Assembly: GCF_964355755.1 (NCBI RefSeq) | Contig: NC_092679.1 | Location: 8,772,201 to 8,836,200, forward strand | Direction of reading: 5' to 3' | Length of the DNA stretch: 64,000 nucleotides | Source: Antedon mediterranea | Lineage: Eukaryota; Animalia; Echinodermata | Shown here: piece after piece, positions 1-13,200 of the stretch | Layout of the letters: each line of letters starts with the position of its first letter | Position numbering within the stretch: position 1 is the first letter of the stretch | Program-made: the position numbers and the translations under genes | The notes under the pieces: model-generated | What the model was told of the DNA's origin: nothing | The model's database searches: none | The model's input: the letters and a program-made list of their open reading frames with translations, nothing else

Positions 1-1109
1 CTTTGATGTTTTTATGTTAACAAGTTTTTTCGAAAATCACAAAATGGTCTAAAACGTCTCTAAATGCGATTTGAAGCTACTCTAAGCACTTTGGTGTTTT
101 TATGTTAACAAGTTTTTTCGAAAATCACAAAATGGTCTAAAATGTCTCCAAATGCGATTTGAAGCTATTCTGTACACTTTGCTGTTTTTTGTGAAAAATG
201 TTTGTCGAAATCCTCAAAATGGTCTAAAACGTTTTTAAACACGATATTAAGCTATTTTGTGCTTTTTGATGTTTTTTTGTGAAAAGTTTTAGCAAAATGC
301 TCAAAATGGTCTAAAACGATTTCTAATGTGATTTTAAGCACTTTGATGTTTTTATGTTAACTAGTTTTTTCGAAAATCACAAAATGGTCTAAAACGTCTC
401 CAAATGTAATTTGAAGCTATTCTAAGCACTTTGGTGTTTTTATGTTACCAAGTTTTTTCGAAAATCACAAAATGGTCTAAAACGTTTCCAAATGCGATTT
501 GAAGCTATTCTGTACACTTTGATGCTTTTATGGTAACAAGTTTTTTAGAAAATCACAAAATGGTCTAAAACATCTCCAAATGCGATTTAAAGCTATTTTA
601 AGCACTTTTGTGTTTTTGTGTAACCAAGTTTTTTCGAAAATCACAAAAGGGTCTAAAATGTCTCTAAATGCGATTTGAAGCTACTCTAAGCACTTTGGTG
701 TTTTTATGTTAACAAGTTTTTTCGAAAATCACAAAATGGTCTAAAATGTCTCCAAATGCGATTTGAAGCTATTCTGTACACTTTGCTGTTTTGTGTGAAA
801 AATGTTTGTCGAAATCCTCAAAATGGTCAAAAACGTTTTTAAATACGATATTAAGCTATTTTGTGCTCTTTGATGTTTTTGTGTGAAAAGTTTTATCGAA
901 ATACTCAAAATGGTCTAAAACGGTTTCTAATGTGATTTCAAGCACTTTGATGTTTTTGTGTAACCAAGTTTTTCGAAAATCACAAAATTGTCTAAAACGT
1001 CTCCAAATGCGATTTGAAGCTATTCTGTACACTTTGATGTTTTTATGTTAACAAGTTTTTTATAAAATCACAAAATGGTATAAAACGTCTCCAAATGCGA
1101 TTTGAAGCT

Positions 1110-4100
1110 ATTCTGTACACTTTGATGTTTTTATGTTAACAAGTTTTTTCGAAAATCACAAAATGGTCTAAAACGTCTCCAAATGCGATTTGAAGCTATT
1201 CTAAGCACTTTGGTGTTTTTATGTTAACAAGTTTTTTCGAAAATCACAAAATGGTCTAAAACGTCTCCAAATGCGATTTGAAGCTATTTTAAGCACTTTG
1301 GTGCTTTTGTGTAACCAAGTTTTTTCGAAAATCACGAAATGGTCTAAAACGTCTCCAAATGCGATTTGAAGCTATTCTAAGCACTTTGGTGTTTTTACGT
1401 TAACAAGTTTTTTCGAAAATCACAAAATGGTCTAAAACGTCTCCAAATGCGATTTGAAGCTATTCTGTACACTTTGATGTTTTTATGTTAACAAGTTTTT
1501 TCGAAAATCAAAAAATGGTCTAAAACGTCTACAAATGCGATTTGAAGCTATTCTAAGCACTTTTGTGTTTTTATGTTAACAAATTTTTTCGAAACTCACA
1601 AAATGGTCTAAAACGTCTCCAAATGCGATTTGAAGCTATTTTAAGCACTTTGGTGTTTTTGTGTTAACAAGTTTTTCGAAATGCTCAAAATGGTCTAAAA
1701 CGTTTTTAAACACGATATTAAGCTATTTTGTGCTCTTTGATGTTTTTTTGTGAAAAGTTTTAGCGAAATGCTCAAAATGGTCTAAAACGATTTCTAATGT
1801 GATTTTAAGCACTTTGATGTTTTTATGTTAACTAGTTTTTTCGAAAATCACAAAATGGTCTAAAACGTCTCCAAATGTGATTTGAAGCTATTCTAAGCAC
1901 TTTGGTGTTTTTATGTTAACAGTTTTTTCGAAAATCACAAAATGGTCTAAAACGTTTCTAAATGCGATTTTAAGCTATTCTGTACACTTTGATGTTTTTA
2001 TGGTAACAAGTTTTTTAGAAAATCACAAAATGGTCTAAAACATCTCCAAATGCGATTTAAAGCTATTTTAAGCACTTTTGTGTTTTTGTGTAACCAAGTT
2101 TTTTCGAAAATCACAAAAGGGTCTAAAATGTCTTTAAATGCGATTTGAAGCTACTCTAAGCACTTTGGTGTTTTTATGTTAACAAGTTTTTTCGAAAATC
2201 ACAAAATGGTCTAAAATGTCTCCAAATGCGATTTGAAGCTATTCTGTACACTTTGCTGTTTTGTGTGAAAAATGTTTGTCGAAATCCTCAAAATGGTCAA
2301 AAACGTTTTTAAATACGATATTAAGCTATTTTGTGCTTTTTGATGTTTTTGTGTGAAAAGTTTTATCGAAATACTCAAAATGGTCTAAAACGGTTTCTAA
2401 TGTGATTTTAAGCACTTTGATGTTTTTGTGTAACCAAGTTTTTTCGAAAATCACAAAATGGTCTAAAATGTCTCCAAATGCGATTTGAAGCTATTCTAAG
2501 CACTTTGGTGTTTTTATGGAAACAATTTTTTTCGAAAATCACAAAATGGTCTAAAACGTCTCCAATAGCAATTTGAAGCTTTTCTGTACACTTTGGTGTT
2601 TTTATGTTAACAAGTTTTTTCGAAAATCACAAAATGGTCTAAAACGTCTCCAAATGCGATTTGAAGCTATTCTGTACACTTTGATGTTTTTATGTTAACA
2701 AGTTTTTTATAAAATCACAAAATGGTCTAAAACGTCTCCAAATGCGATTTGAAGCTATTCTGTACACTTTGATGTTTTTATGTTAACAAGTTTTTTCGAA
2801 AATCACAAAAGGGTCTAAAATGTCTCAAAATGCGATTTGAAGCTATTCTAAGCACTTTGGTGTTTTTATGTTAACAAGTTTTTTCGAAAATCACAAAATG
2901 GTCTAAAACGTCTCCAAATGCGATTTGAAGCTATTCTAAGCACTTTGGTGTTTTTGTGTAACCAAGTTTTTTCGAAAATAACAAAATGGTCTAAAACGTC
3001 TCCAAATGCGATTTGAAGCTATTTTAAGCACTTTGGTGCTTTTGTGTAACCAAGTCTTTTCGAAAATCACGAAATGGTCTAAAACGTTTCCAAATGCGAT
3101 TTGAAGCTATTCTGTACACTTTGATGTTTTGTGTGAAAATTTTCTGTCGAAATGCTCAAAATGGTCAAAAACGTTTTTAAATACGATATTAAGCTACTTT
3201 GTGCTCTTTTATGTTTTTGTGTGAAATGTTTTATCGAAATGCTCAAAATGGTCTAAAACGGTTTCTAATGTGATTTCAAGCACTTTGATGTTTTTGTGTA
3301 ACCAAGTTTTTCGAAAAACACAAAATTGTCTAAAACGTCTCCAAATGCGATTTGAAGCTATTCTGTACACTTTGATGTTTTTATGTTAACAAGTTTTTCG
3401 AAAATCACAAAATGGTCTAAAATGTCTGTAAATGCGATTTGAAGCTATTTAAAGCACTTTGGTGTTTTTAGGTTAACAAGTTTTTTCGAAAATTACAAAA
3501 TGGTCTAAAACGTCTACAAATGCGATTTGAAGCTATTCTAAGCACTTTTGTGTTTTTATGTTGACAAGTTTTTTCGAAAATCACAAAATGGTCTAAAACG
3601 TCTCCAAATGCGATTTGAAGCTATTTTAAGCACTTTGGTGTTTTTGTGTTAACAAGTTTTTCGAAATGCTCAAAATGGTCTAAAACGTCTCCAAATGCGA
3701 TTTGAAGCTATTCTAAGCACTTTGGTGTTTTTATGTTAACAAGTTTTTTGGAAAATCACAAAATGGTATAAAACGTCTCCAAATGCGATTTGAAGCTATT
3801 CTAAGCACTTTGGTGTTTTTATGTTAACAAGTTTTTTCGAAAATCACAAAATGGTCTAAAACGTCTCCAAATGCGATTTGAAGCTATTATGTACACTTTG
3901 ATGTTTTTATGTTAACAAGTTTTTTCGAAAATCACAAAATGGTCTAAAACGTCTCCAAATGCGATTTGAAGCTATTCTAAGCACTTTGGTGTTTTTATGT
4001 TAACAAGTTTTTTCGAAAATCACAAAATGGTCTAAAACGTCTCCAAATGCGATTTGAAGCTAGTTTAAGCACTTTGGTGCTTTTGTGTAACCAAGTTTTT

Positions 4101-5840
4101 TCGAAAATCACGAAATGGTCTAAAACGTCTCCAAATGCGATTTGAAGCTATTCTAAGCACTTTGGTGTTTTTACGTTAACAAGTTTTTTCGAAAATCACA
4201 AAATGGTCTAAAACGTCTCCAAATGCGATTTGAAGCTATTCTGTACACTTTGATGTTTTTATGTTAACAAGTTTTTTCGAAAATCACAAAATGGTCTAAA
4301 AAGTCTACAAATGCGATTTGAAGCTATTCTAAGCACTTTTGTGTTTTTATGTTAAAAAATTTTTCGAAACTCACAAAATGGTCTAAAACGTCTCCAAATG
4401 CGATTTGAAGCTATTTTAAGCACTTTGGTGTTTTTGTGTTAACAAGTTTTTCGAAATGCTCAAAATGGTCTTAAACGTTTTTAAACACGATATTAAGCTA
4501 TTTTGTGCTCTTTGATGTTTTTTTGTGAAAAGTTTTAGCGAAATGCTCAAAATGGTCTAAAACGATTTCTAATGTGATTTTAAGCACTTTGATGTTTTTA
4601 TGTTAACTAGTTTTTTCGAAAATCACAAAATGGTCTAAAACGTCTCCAAATGTGATTTGAAGCTATTCTAAGCACTTTGGTGTTTTTATGTTAACAGTTT
4701 TTTCGAAAATCACAAAATGGTCTAAAACGTTTCTAAATGCGATTTTAAGCTATTCTGTACACTTTGATGTTTTTATGGTATGGTCTAAAACATCTCCAAA
4801 TGCGATTTAAAGCTATTTTAAGCACTTTTGTGTTTTTGTGTAACCAAGTTTTTTCGAAAATCACAAAAGGGTCTAAAATGTCTCTAAATGCGATTTGAAG
4901 CTACTCTAAGCACTTTGGTGTTTTTATGTTAACAAGTTTTTTCGAAAATCACAAAATGGTCTAAAATGTCTCCAAATGCGATTTGAAGCTATTCTGTACA
5001 CTTTGCTGTTTTGTGTGAAAAATGTTTGTCGCAATCCTCAAAATGGTCAAAAACGTTTTTAAATACGATATTAAGCTATTTTGTGCTTTTTGATGTTTTT
5101 GTGTGAAAAGTTTTATCGAAATACTCAAAATGGTCTAAAACGGTTTCTAATGTGATTTTAAGCACTTTGATGTTTTTGTGTAACCAAGTTTTTTCGAAAA
5201 TCACAAAATGGTCTAAAATGTCTCCAAATGCGATTTGAAGCTATTCTAAGCACTTTGGTGTTTTTATGGAAACAATTTTTTTCGAAAATCACAAAATGGT
5301 CTAAAACGTCTCCAATAGCAATTTGAAGCTTTTCTGTACACTTTGGTGTTTTTATGTTAACAAGTTTTTTCGAAAATTACAAAATGGTCTAAAACGTCTC
5401 CAAATGCGATTTGAAGCTATTCTGTACACTTTGATGTTTTTATGTTAACAAGTTTTTTATAAAATCACAAAATGGTCTAAAACGTCTCCAAATGCGATTT
5501 GAAGCTATTCTGTACACTTTGATGTTTTTATGTTAACAAGTTTTTTCGAAAATCACAAAAGGGTCTAAAATGTCTCAAAATGCGATTTGAAGCTATTCTA
5601 AGCACTTTGGTGTTTTTATGTTAACAAGTTTTTTCGAAAATCACAAAATGGTCTAAAACGTCTCCAAATGCGATTTGAAGCTATTCTAAGCACTTTGGTG
5701 TTTTTGTGTAACCAAGTTTTTTCGAAAATAACAAAATGGTCTAAAACGTCTCCAAATGCGATTTGAAGCTATTTTAAGCACTTTGGTGCTTTTGTGTAAC
5801 CAAGTTTTTTCGAAAATCACGAAATGGTCTAAAACGTCTC
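1110..5840 (+). repeat. ~2-kb duplication (~1110-3085 and ~3890-5835), offset 2775 then 2750 bp
   Basis: Shared TTTTACGTTAAC, CACGAAATGG, GTTTCTAAATG and GAAAATAAC variants; the offset changes by 25 bp at a deletion at 4780/4781. Ends approximate. Confidence 0.82.
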
Positions 5841-7064
5841 CAAATGCGATTTGAAGCTATTCTAAACACTTTGGTGTTTTTACGTTAACAAGTTTTTTCG
5901 AAAATCACAAAATGGTCTAAAACGTCTCCAAATGCGATTTGAAGCTATTCTGTACACTTTGATGTTTTTATGTTAACAAGTTTTTTCGAAAATCACAAAA
6001 TGGTCTAAAACATCTACAAATGCGATTTGAAGCTATTCTGTACACTTTGATGTTTTTATGTTAACAAGTTTTTTCGAAAATCACAAAATGGTCTAAAACG
6101 TTTCCAAATGCGATTTGAAGCTATTCTGTACACTTTGGTGTTTTTATGTTAACAAGTTTTTTCGAAAATCACAAAATGGTCTAAAACGTCTCCAAATGCG
6201 ATTTGAAGCTATTCTGTACACTTTGATGTTTTTAAAAACGTCTCCAAATGCGATTTGAAGCTATTCTGTACACTTTGATGTTTTTATGTTAACAAGTTTT
6301 TTCGAAAATCACAAAAGGGTCTAAAATGTCTCAAAATGCGATTTGAAGCTATTCTAAGCACTTTGGTGTTTTTATGTTAACAAGTTTTTTCGAAAATCAC
6401 AAAATGGTCTAAAACGTCTCCAAATGCGATTTGAAGCTATTCTAAGCACTTTGGTGTTTTTGTGTAACCAAGTTTTTTCGAAAATCACAAAATGGTCTAA
6501 AACGTCTCCAAATGCAATTTGAAGCTATTTTAAGCACTTTGGTGCTTTTGTGTAACCAAGTTTTTTCGAAAATCACGAAATGGTCTAAAACGTCTCCAAA
6601 TGCGATTTGAAGCTAATCTTAGCACATTGGTGTTTTTATGTTAACAAGTTTTTTCGAAAATCACAAAATGGTCTAAAACGACTCCAAATGCGATTTGAAG
6701 CTATTCTGTATACTTTGGTGTTTTTATGTTAACAAGTTTTTTCGAAAATCACAAAATGGTCTAAAACGTCTCCAAATGCGATTTGAAGCTATTCTAAGCA
6801 CTTTGGTGTTTTTATGTTAACAAGTTTTTTCGAAAATCACAAAATGGTCTAAAACGTCTCCAATAGCGATTTGAAGCTTTTCTGTACACTTTGGTGTTTT
6901 TATGTTAACAAGTTTTTTCGAAAATCACAAAATGGTCTAAAACGTCTCCAAATGCGATTTGAAGCTAATCTGTACACTTTGATGTTTTTATGTTAACAAG
7001 TTTTTTCGAAAATCACAAAAGGGTCTAAAACGTTTCCAAATGCGATTTGAAGCTATTCTGTACA

Positions 7065-7228
7065 CTTTGATGTTTTGTGTGAAAATTTTCTGTCGAAATG
7101 CTCAAAATGGTCAAAAACGTTTTTAAATACGATATTAAGCTACTTTGTGCTCTTTGATGTTTTTGTGTGAAATGTTTTATCGAAATGCTCAAAATGGTCT
7201 AAAACGGTTTCTAATGTGATTTCAAGCA
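7065..7228 (+). repeat. Representative diverged monomer pair (87 bp + 77 bp = 164 bp), recurring dozens of times
   Basis: 7065-7151 (…GTGAAAATTTTCTGTCGAAATGCTC…GATATTAAGCTACTTTGTGCT) then 7152-7228, which lacks the 10 bp GAAGCTATTT (…AATGTGATTTCAAGCA). Confidence 0.95.
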
Positions 7229-10200
7229 CTTTGATGTTTTTGTGTAACCAAGTTTTTCGAAAATCACAAAATTGTCTAAAACGTCTCCAAATGCGATTTG
7301 AAGCTATTCTGTACACTTTGATGTTTTTATGTTAACAAGTTTTTCGAAAATCACAAAATGGTCTAAAACGTCTCCAAATGCGATTTTAAGCTATTCTAAG
7401 CACTTTGGTGTTTTTATGTTAACAAGTTTTTTTGAAAATCACAAAATGGTCTAAAACGTCTCTAAATGCGATTTGAAGCTTTTCTGTACACTTTGATGTT
7501 TTTATGTTAACAACTTTTTTCGAAAATCACAAAATGGTCTAAAATGTCTCCAAATGCGATTTGAAGCTATTCTAAGCACTTTGGTGTTTTTATGGAAACA
7601 ATTTTTTTCGAAAATCACAAAATGGTCTAAAACCTCTCCAATAGCGATTTGAAGCTTTTCTGTACACTTTGGTGTTTTTATGTTAACAAATTTTTTCGAA
7701 AATCACAAAATGGTCTAAAGCGTCTCCAAATGCGATTTGAAGCTATTCTGTACACTTTGATGTTTTTATGTTAACAAGTTTTTTCGAAAATCACAAAATG
7801 GTCTAAAACGTCTACAAATGCGATTTGAAGCTAATCTGTACACTTTGATGTTTTTATGTTAACAAGTTTTTTCGAAAATCATAAAATGGTCTAAAACGTT
7901 TCCAAATGCGATTTGAAGCTATTCTGTACACTTTGATGTTTTGTGTGAAAATTTTCTGTCGAAATGCTCAAAATGGTCAAAAACGTTTTTAAATACGATA
8001 TTAAGCTACTTTGTGCTCTTTGATGTTTTTGTGTGAAAAGTTTTATCGAAATGCTCAAAATGGTCTAAAACGGTTTCTAATGTGATTTCAAGCACTTTGA
8101 TGTTTTTGTGTAACCAAGTTTTTCGAAAATCACAAAATTGTCTAAAACGTCTCCAAATGCGATTTGAAGCTATTCTGTACACTTTTATGTTTTTATGTTA
8201 ACAAGTTTCTTCGAAAATCACAAAAGAGTCTAAAATATCTCGAAATGCGATTTGAAGCTATTCTAAGCACTTTGGTGTTTTTATGTTAACAAGTTTTTTC
8301 GAAATCACAAAATGGTCTAAAATGTCTCCAAATGCGATTTGAAGCTAATCTTAGCACATTGGTGTTTTTATGTTAACAAGTTTTTTCGAAAATCACAAAA
8401 TGGTCTAAAACGACTCCAAATGCGATTTGAAGCTATTCTGTATACTTTGGTGTTTTTATGTTAACAAGTTTTTTCGAAAATCACAAAATGGTCTAAAACG
8501 TCTCCAAATGCGATTTGAAGCTATTCTAAGCACTTTGGTGTTTTTATGTTAACAAGTTTTTTCGAAAATCACAAAATGGTCTAAAACGTCTCCAAATGCG
8601 ATTTGAAGCTATTCTGTACACTTTGATGTTTTTATGTTAACAAGGTTTTTCGAAAATCACAAAATGGTCTAAAACGTTTCCAAATGCGATTTGAAGCTAT
8701 TCTGTACACTTTGATGTTTTGTGTGAAAATTTTCTGTCGAAATGCTCAAAATGGTCAAAAACGTTTTTAAATACGATATTAAGCTACTTTGTGCTCTTTG
8801 ATGTTTTTGTGTGAAATGTTTTATCGAAATGCTCAAAATGGTCTAAAACGGTTTCTAATGTGATTTCAAGCACTTTGATGTTTTTGTGTAACCAAGTTTT
8901 TCGAAAATCACAAAATTGTCTAAAACGTCTCCAAATGCGATTTGAAGCTATTCTGTACACTTTGATGTTTTTATGTTAACAAGTTTTTCCAAAATCACAA
9001 AATGGTCTAAAACGTCTCCAAATGCGATTTTAAGCTATTCTAAGCACTTTGGTGTTTTTATGTTAAGAAGTTTTTCGAAAATCACAAAATGGTCTAAAAC
9101 GTCTCCAAATGCGATTTTAAGCTATTCTAAGCACTTTGGTGTTTTTATGTTAACAAGTTTTTTTGAAAATCACAAAATGGTCTAAAACGTCTCTAAATGC
9201 GATTTGAAGCTTTTCTGTAAACTTTGATGTTTTTATGTTAACAACTTTTTTCGAAAATCACAAAATGGTCTAAAATGTCTCCAAATGCGATTTGAAGCTA
9301 TTCTAAGCACTTTGGTGTTTTTATGGAAACAATTTTTTTCGAAAATCACAAAATGGTCTAAAACGTCTCCAATAGCGATTTGAAGCTTTTCTGTACACTT
9401 TGGTGTTTTTATGTTAACAAGTTTTTTCGAAAATCACAAAATGGTCTAAAACGTCTCCAAATGCGATTTGAAGCTATTCTGTACACTTTGATGTTTTTAT
9501 GTTAACAAGTTTTTTCGAAAATCACAAAATGGTTTAAAACGTCTACAAATGCGATTTGAAGCTATTCTGTACACTTTGATGTTTTTATGTTAACAAGTCT
9601 TTTCGAAAATCACAAAATGGTCTAAAACGTTTCCAAATGCGATTTGAAGCTATTCTGTACACTTTGATGTTTTGTGTGAAAATTTTCTGTCGAGATGCTC
9701 AAAATGGTCAAAAACGTTTTTAAATAGGATATTAAGCTACTTTGGGCTCTTTGATGTTTTTGTGTGAAATGTTTTATCGAAATGCTCAAAATGGTCTAAA
9801 ATGGTTTCTAATGTGATTTCAAGCAATTTGATGTTTTTGTATAACCAAGTTTTTCGAAAATCACAAAATTGTCTAAAACGTCTCCAAATGCGATTTGAAG
9901 CTATTCTGTACACTTTGATGTTTTTATGTTAACAAGTTTTTCGAAAATCACAAAATGGTCTAAAACGTCTCCAAATGCGATTTTAAGCTATTCTAAGCAC
10001 TTTGGTGTTTTTATCTTAACAAGTTTTTTCGAAAATCACAAAATGGTCTAAAACGTCTCCAAATGCGATTTGAAGCTATTCTGTACACTTTGATGTTTTT
10101 ATGTTAACAAGTTTTTTCGAAAATCACAAAATGGTCTAAAACGTCTACAAATGCGATTTGAAGCTATTCTAAGCACTTTTGTGTTTTTATGTTAACAAGT

Positions 10201-13200
10201 TTTTTCGAAAATCACAAAATGGTCTAAAACGTCTGCAAATGCGATTTGAAGCTATTCTTAGCACATTGGTGTTTTTATTTAAACAAATTTTTTCGAAACT
10301 CACAAAATGGTCTAAAACGTCTCCAAATGCGATTTGAAGCTATTTTAAGCACTTTGGTGTTTTTGTGTTAACAAGTTTTTCGAAATGCTCAAAATGGTCT
10401 AAAACGTTTTTAAACACGATATTAAGCTATTTTGTGCTCTTTGATGTTTTTTTGTGAAAAGTTTTAGTGAAAATTATGCTCAAAATGGTCTAAAACGATT
10501 TCTAATGTGATTTTAAGCACTTTGATGTTTTTATGTTAACTAGTTTTTTTCGAAAATCACAAAATGGTCTAAAACGTCTCCAAATGTGATTTGAAGCTAT
10601 TCTAAGCACTTTGGTGTTTTTATGTTAACAGTTTTTTTCGAAAATCACAAAATGGTCTAAAACGTTTCCAAATGCGATTTTAAGCTATTCTGTACACTTT
10701 GATGTTTTTATGGTAACAAGTTTTTTAGAAAATCACAAAATGGTCTAAAAGATCACCAAATGCGATTTAAAGCTATTTTAAGCACTTTTGTGTTTTTGTG
10801 TAACCAAGTTTTTTCGAAAATCACAAAAGGGTCTAAAATGTCTCTAAATGCGATTTGAAGCTACTCTAAGAACTTTGGTGTTTTTATGTTAACAAGTTTT
10901 TTCGAAAATCACAAAATGGTCTAAAATGTCTCCAAATGCGATTTGAAGCTATTCGGTACACTTTGCTGTTTTGTGTGAAAAATGTTTGTCGAAATCCTCA
11001 AAATGGTCTAAAACGTTTTTAAACACGATATTAAGCTATTTTGTGCTCTTTGATGTTTTTTTGTGAAAAGTTTTAGCGAAATGCTCAAAATGGTCTAAAA
11101 CGATTTCTAATGTGATTTTAAGCACTTTGATGTTTTTATGTTAACTAGTTTTTTCGAAAATCACAAAATGGTCTAAAACGTCTCCAAATGTAATTTGAAG
11201 CTATTCTAAGCACTTTGGTGTTTTTATGTTAACAAGTTTTTTCGAAAATCACAAAATGGTCTAAAACGTTTCCAAATGCGATTTGAAGCTATTCTGTACA
11301 CTTTGATGCTTTTATGGTAACAAGTTTTTTAGAAAATCACAAAATGGTCTAAAACATCTCCAAATGCGATTTAAAGCTATTTTAAGCACTTTTGTGTTTT
11401 TGTGTAACCAAGTTTTTTCGAAAATCACAAAAGGGTCTAAAATGTCTCTAAATGCGATTTGAAGCTACTCTAAGCACTTTGGTGTTTTTATGTTAACAAG
11501 TTTTTTCGAAAATCACAAAATGGTCTAAAATGTCTCCAAATGCGATTTGAAGCTATTCTGTACACTTTGCTGTTTTGTGTGAAAAATGTTTGTCGAAATC
11601 CTCAAAATGGTCAAAAACGTTTTTAAATACGATATTAAGCTATTTTGTGCTCTTTGATGTTTTTGTGTGAAAAGTTTTATCGAAATACTCAAAATGGTCT
11701 AAAACGGTTTCTAATGTGATTTCAAGCACTTTGATGTTTTTGTGTAACCAAGTTTTTCGAAAATCACAAAATTGTCTAAAACGTCTCCAAATGCGATTTG
11801 AAGCTATTCTGTACACTTTGATGTTTTTATGTTAACAAGTTTTTTATAAAATCACAAAATGGTCTAAAACGTCTCCAAATGCGATTTGAAGCTATTCTGT
11901 ACACTTTGAAGTTTTTATGTTAACAAGTTTTTTCGAAAATCACAAAAGGGTCTAAAATGTCTCGAAATGCGATTTGAAGCTATTCTAAGCACTTTGGTGT
12001 TTTTATGTTAACAAGTTTTTTCGAAAATCACAAAATGGTCTAAAACGTCTCCAAATGCGATTTGAAGCTATTCTAAGCACTTTGGTGTTTTTATGTTAAC
12101 AAGTTTTTTCGAAAATCACAAAATGGTCTAAAACGTCTCCAAATGCGATTTGAAGCTATTTTAAGCACTTTGGTGCTTTTGTGTTAACAAGTTTTTCGAA
12201 ATGCTCAAAATGGTCTAAAACGTCTCCAAATGCGATTTGAAGCTATTCTAAGCACTTTGGTGTTTTTATGTTAACAAGTTTTTTCGAAAATCACAAAATG
12301 GTATAAAACGTCTCCAAATGCGATTTGAAGCTATTCTAAGCACTTTGGTGTTTTTATGTTAACAAGTTTTTTCGAAAATCACAAAATGGTCTAAAACGTT
12401 TCCAAATGCGATTTGAAGCTATTCTGTACACTTTGATGTTTTGTGTGAAAATTTTCTTTCGAAATGCTCAAAATGGTCAAAAACGTTTTTAAATACGATA
12501 TTAAGCTACTTTGTGCTCTTTGATGTTTTTGTGTGAAATGTTTTATCGAAATGCTCAAAATGTTCTAAAACGGTTTCTAATGTGATTTCAAGCACTTTGA
12601 TGTTTTTGTGTAACCAAGTTTTTCGAAAATCACAAAATTGTCTAAAACGTCTCCAAATGCGATTTGAAGCTATTCTGTACACTTTGATGTTTTTATGTTA
12701 ACAAGTTTTTCGAAAATCACAAAATGGTCTAAAACGTCTCCAAATGCGATTTTAAGCTATTCTAAGCACTTTGGTGTTTTTATGTTAACAAGTTTTTTTG
12801 AAAATCACAAAATGGTCTAAAACGTCTCTAAATGCGATTTGAAGCTTTTCTGTACACTTTGATGTTTTTATGTTAACAACTTTTTTCGAAAATCACAAAA
12901 TGGTCTAAAATGTCTTCAAAATGCGATTTGAAGCTATTCTAAGCACTTTGGTGTTTTTATGGAAACAATTTTTTTCGAAAATCACAAAATGGTCTAAAAC
13001 GTCTCCAATAGCGATTTGAAGCTTTTCTGTACACTTTGGTGTTTTTATGTTAACAAGTTTTTTCGAAAATCACAAAATGGTCTAAAACGTCTCCAAATGC
13101 GATTTGAAGCTATTCTGTACACTTTGATGTTTTTATGTTAACAAGTTTTTTCGAAAATCACAAAATGGTCTAAAATGTCTCCAAATGCGATTTGAAGCTA

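Noticed and set aside
28-44. CENP-B box
   Set aside because: Only TTCG matches NTTCGNNNNANNCGGGN; the A and CGGG positions do not.
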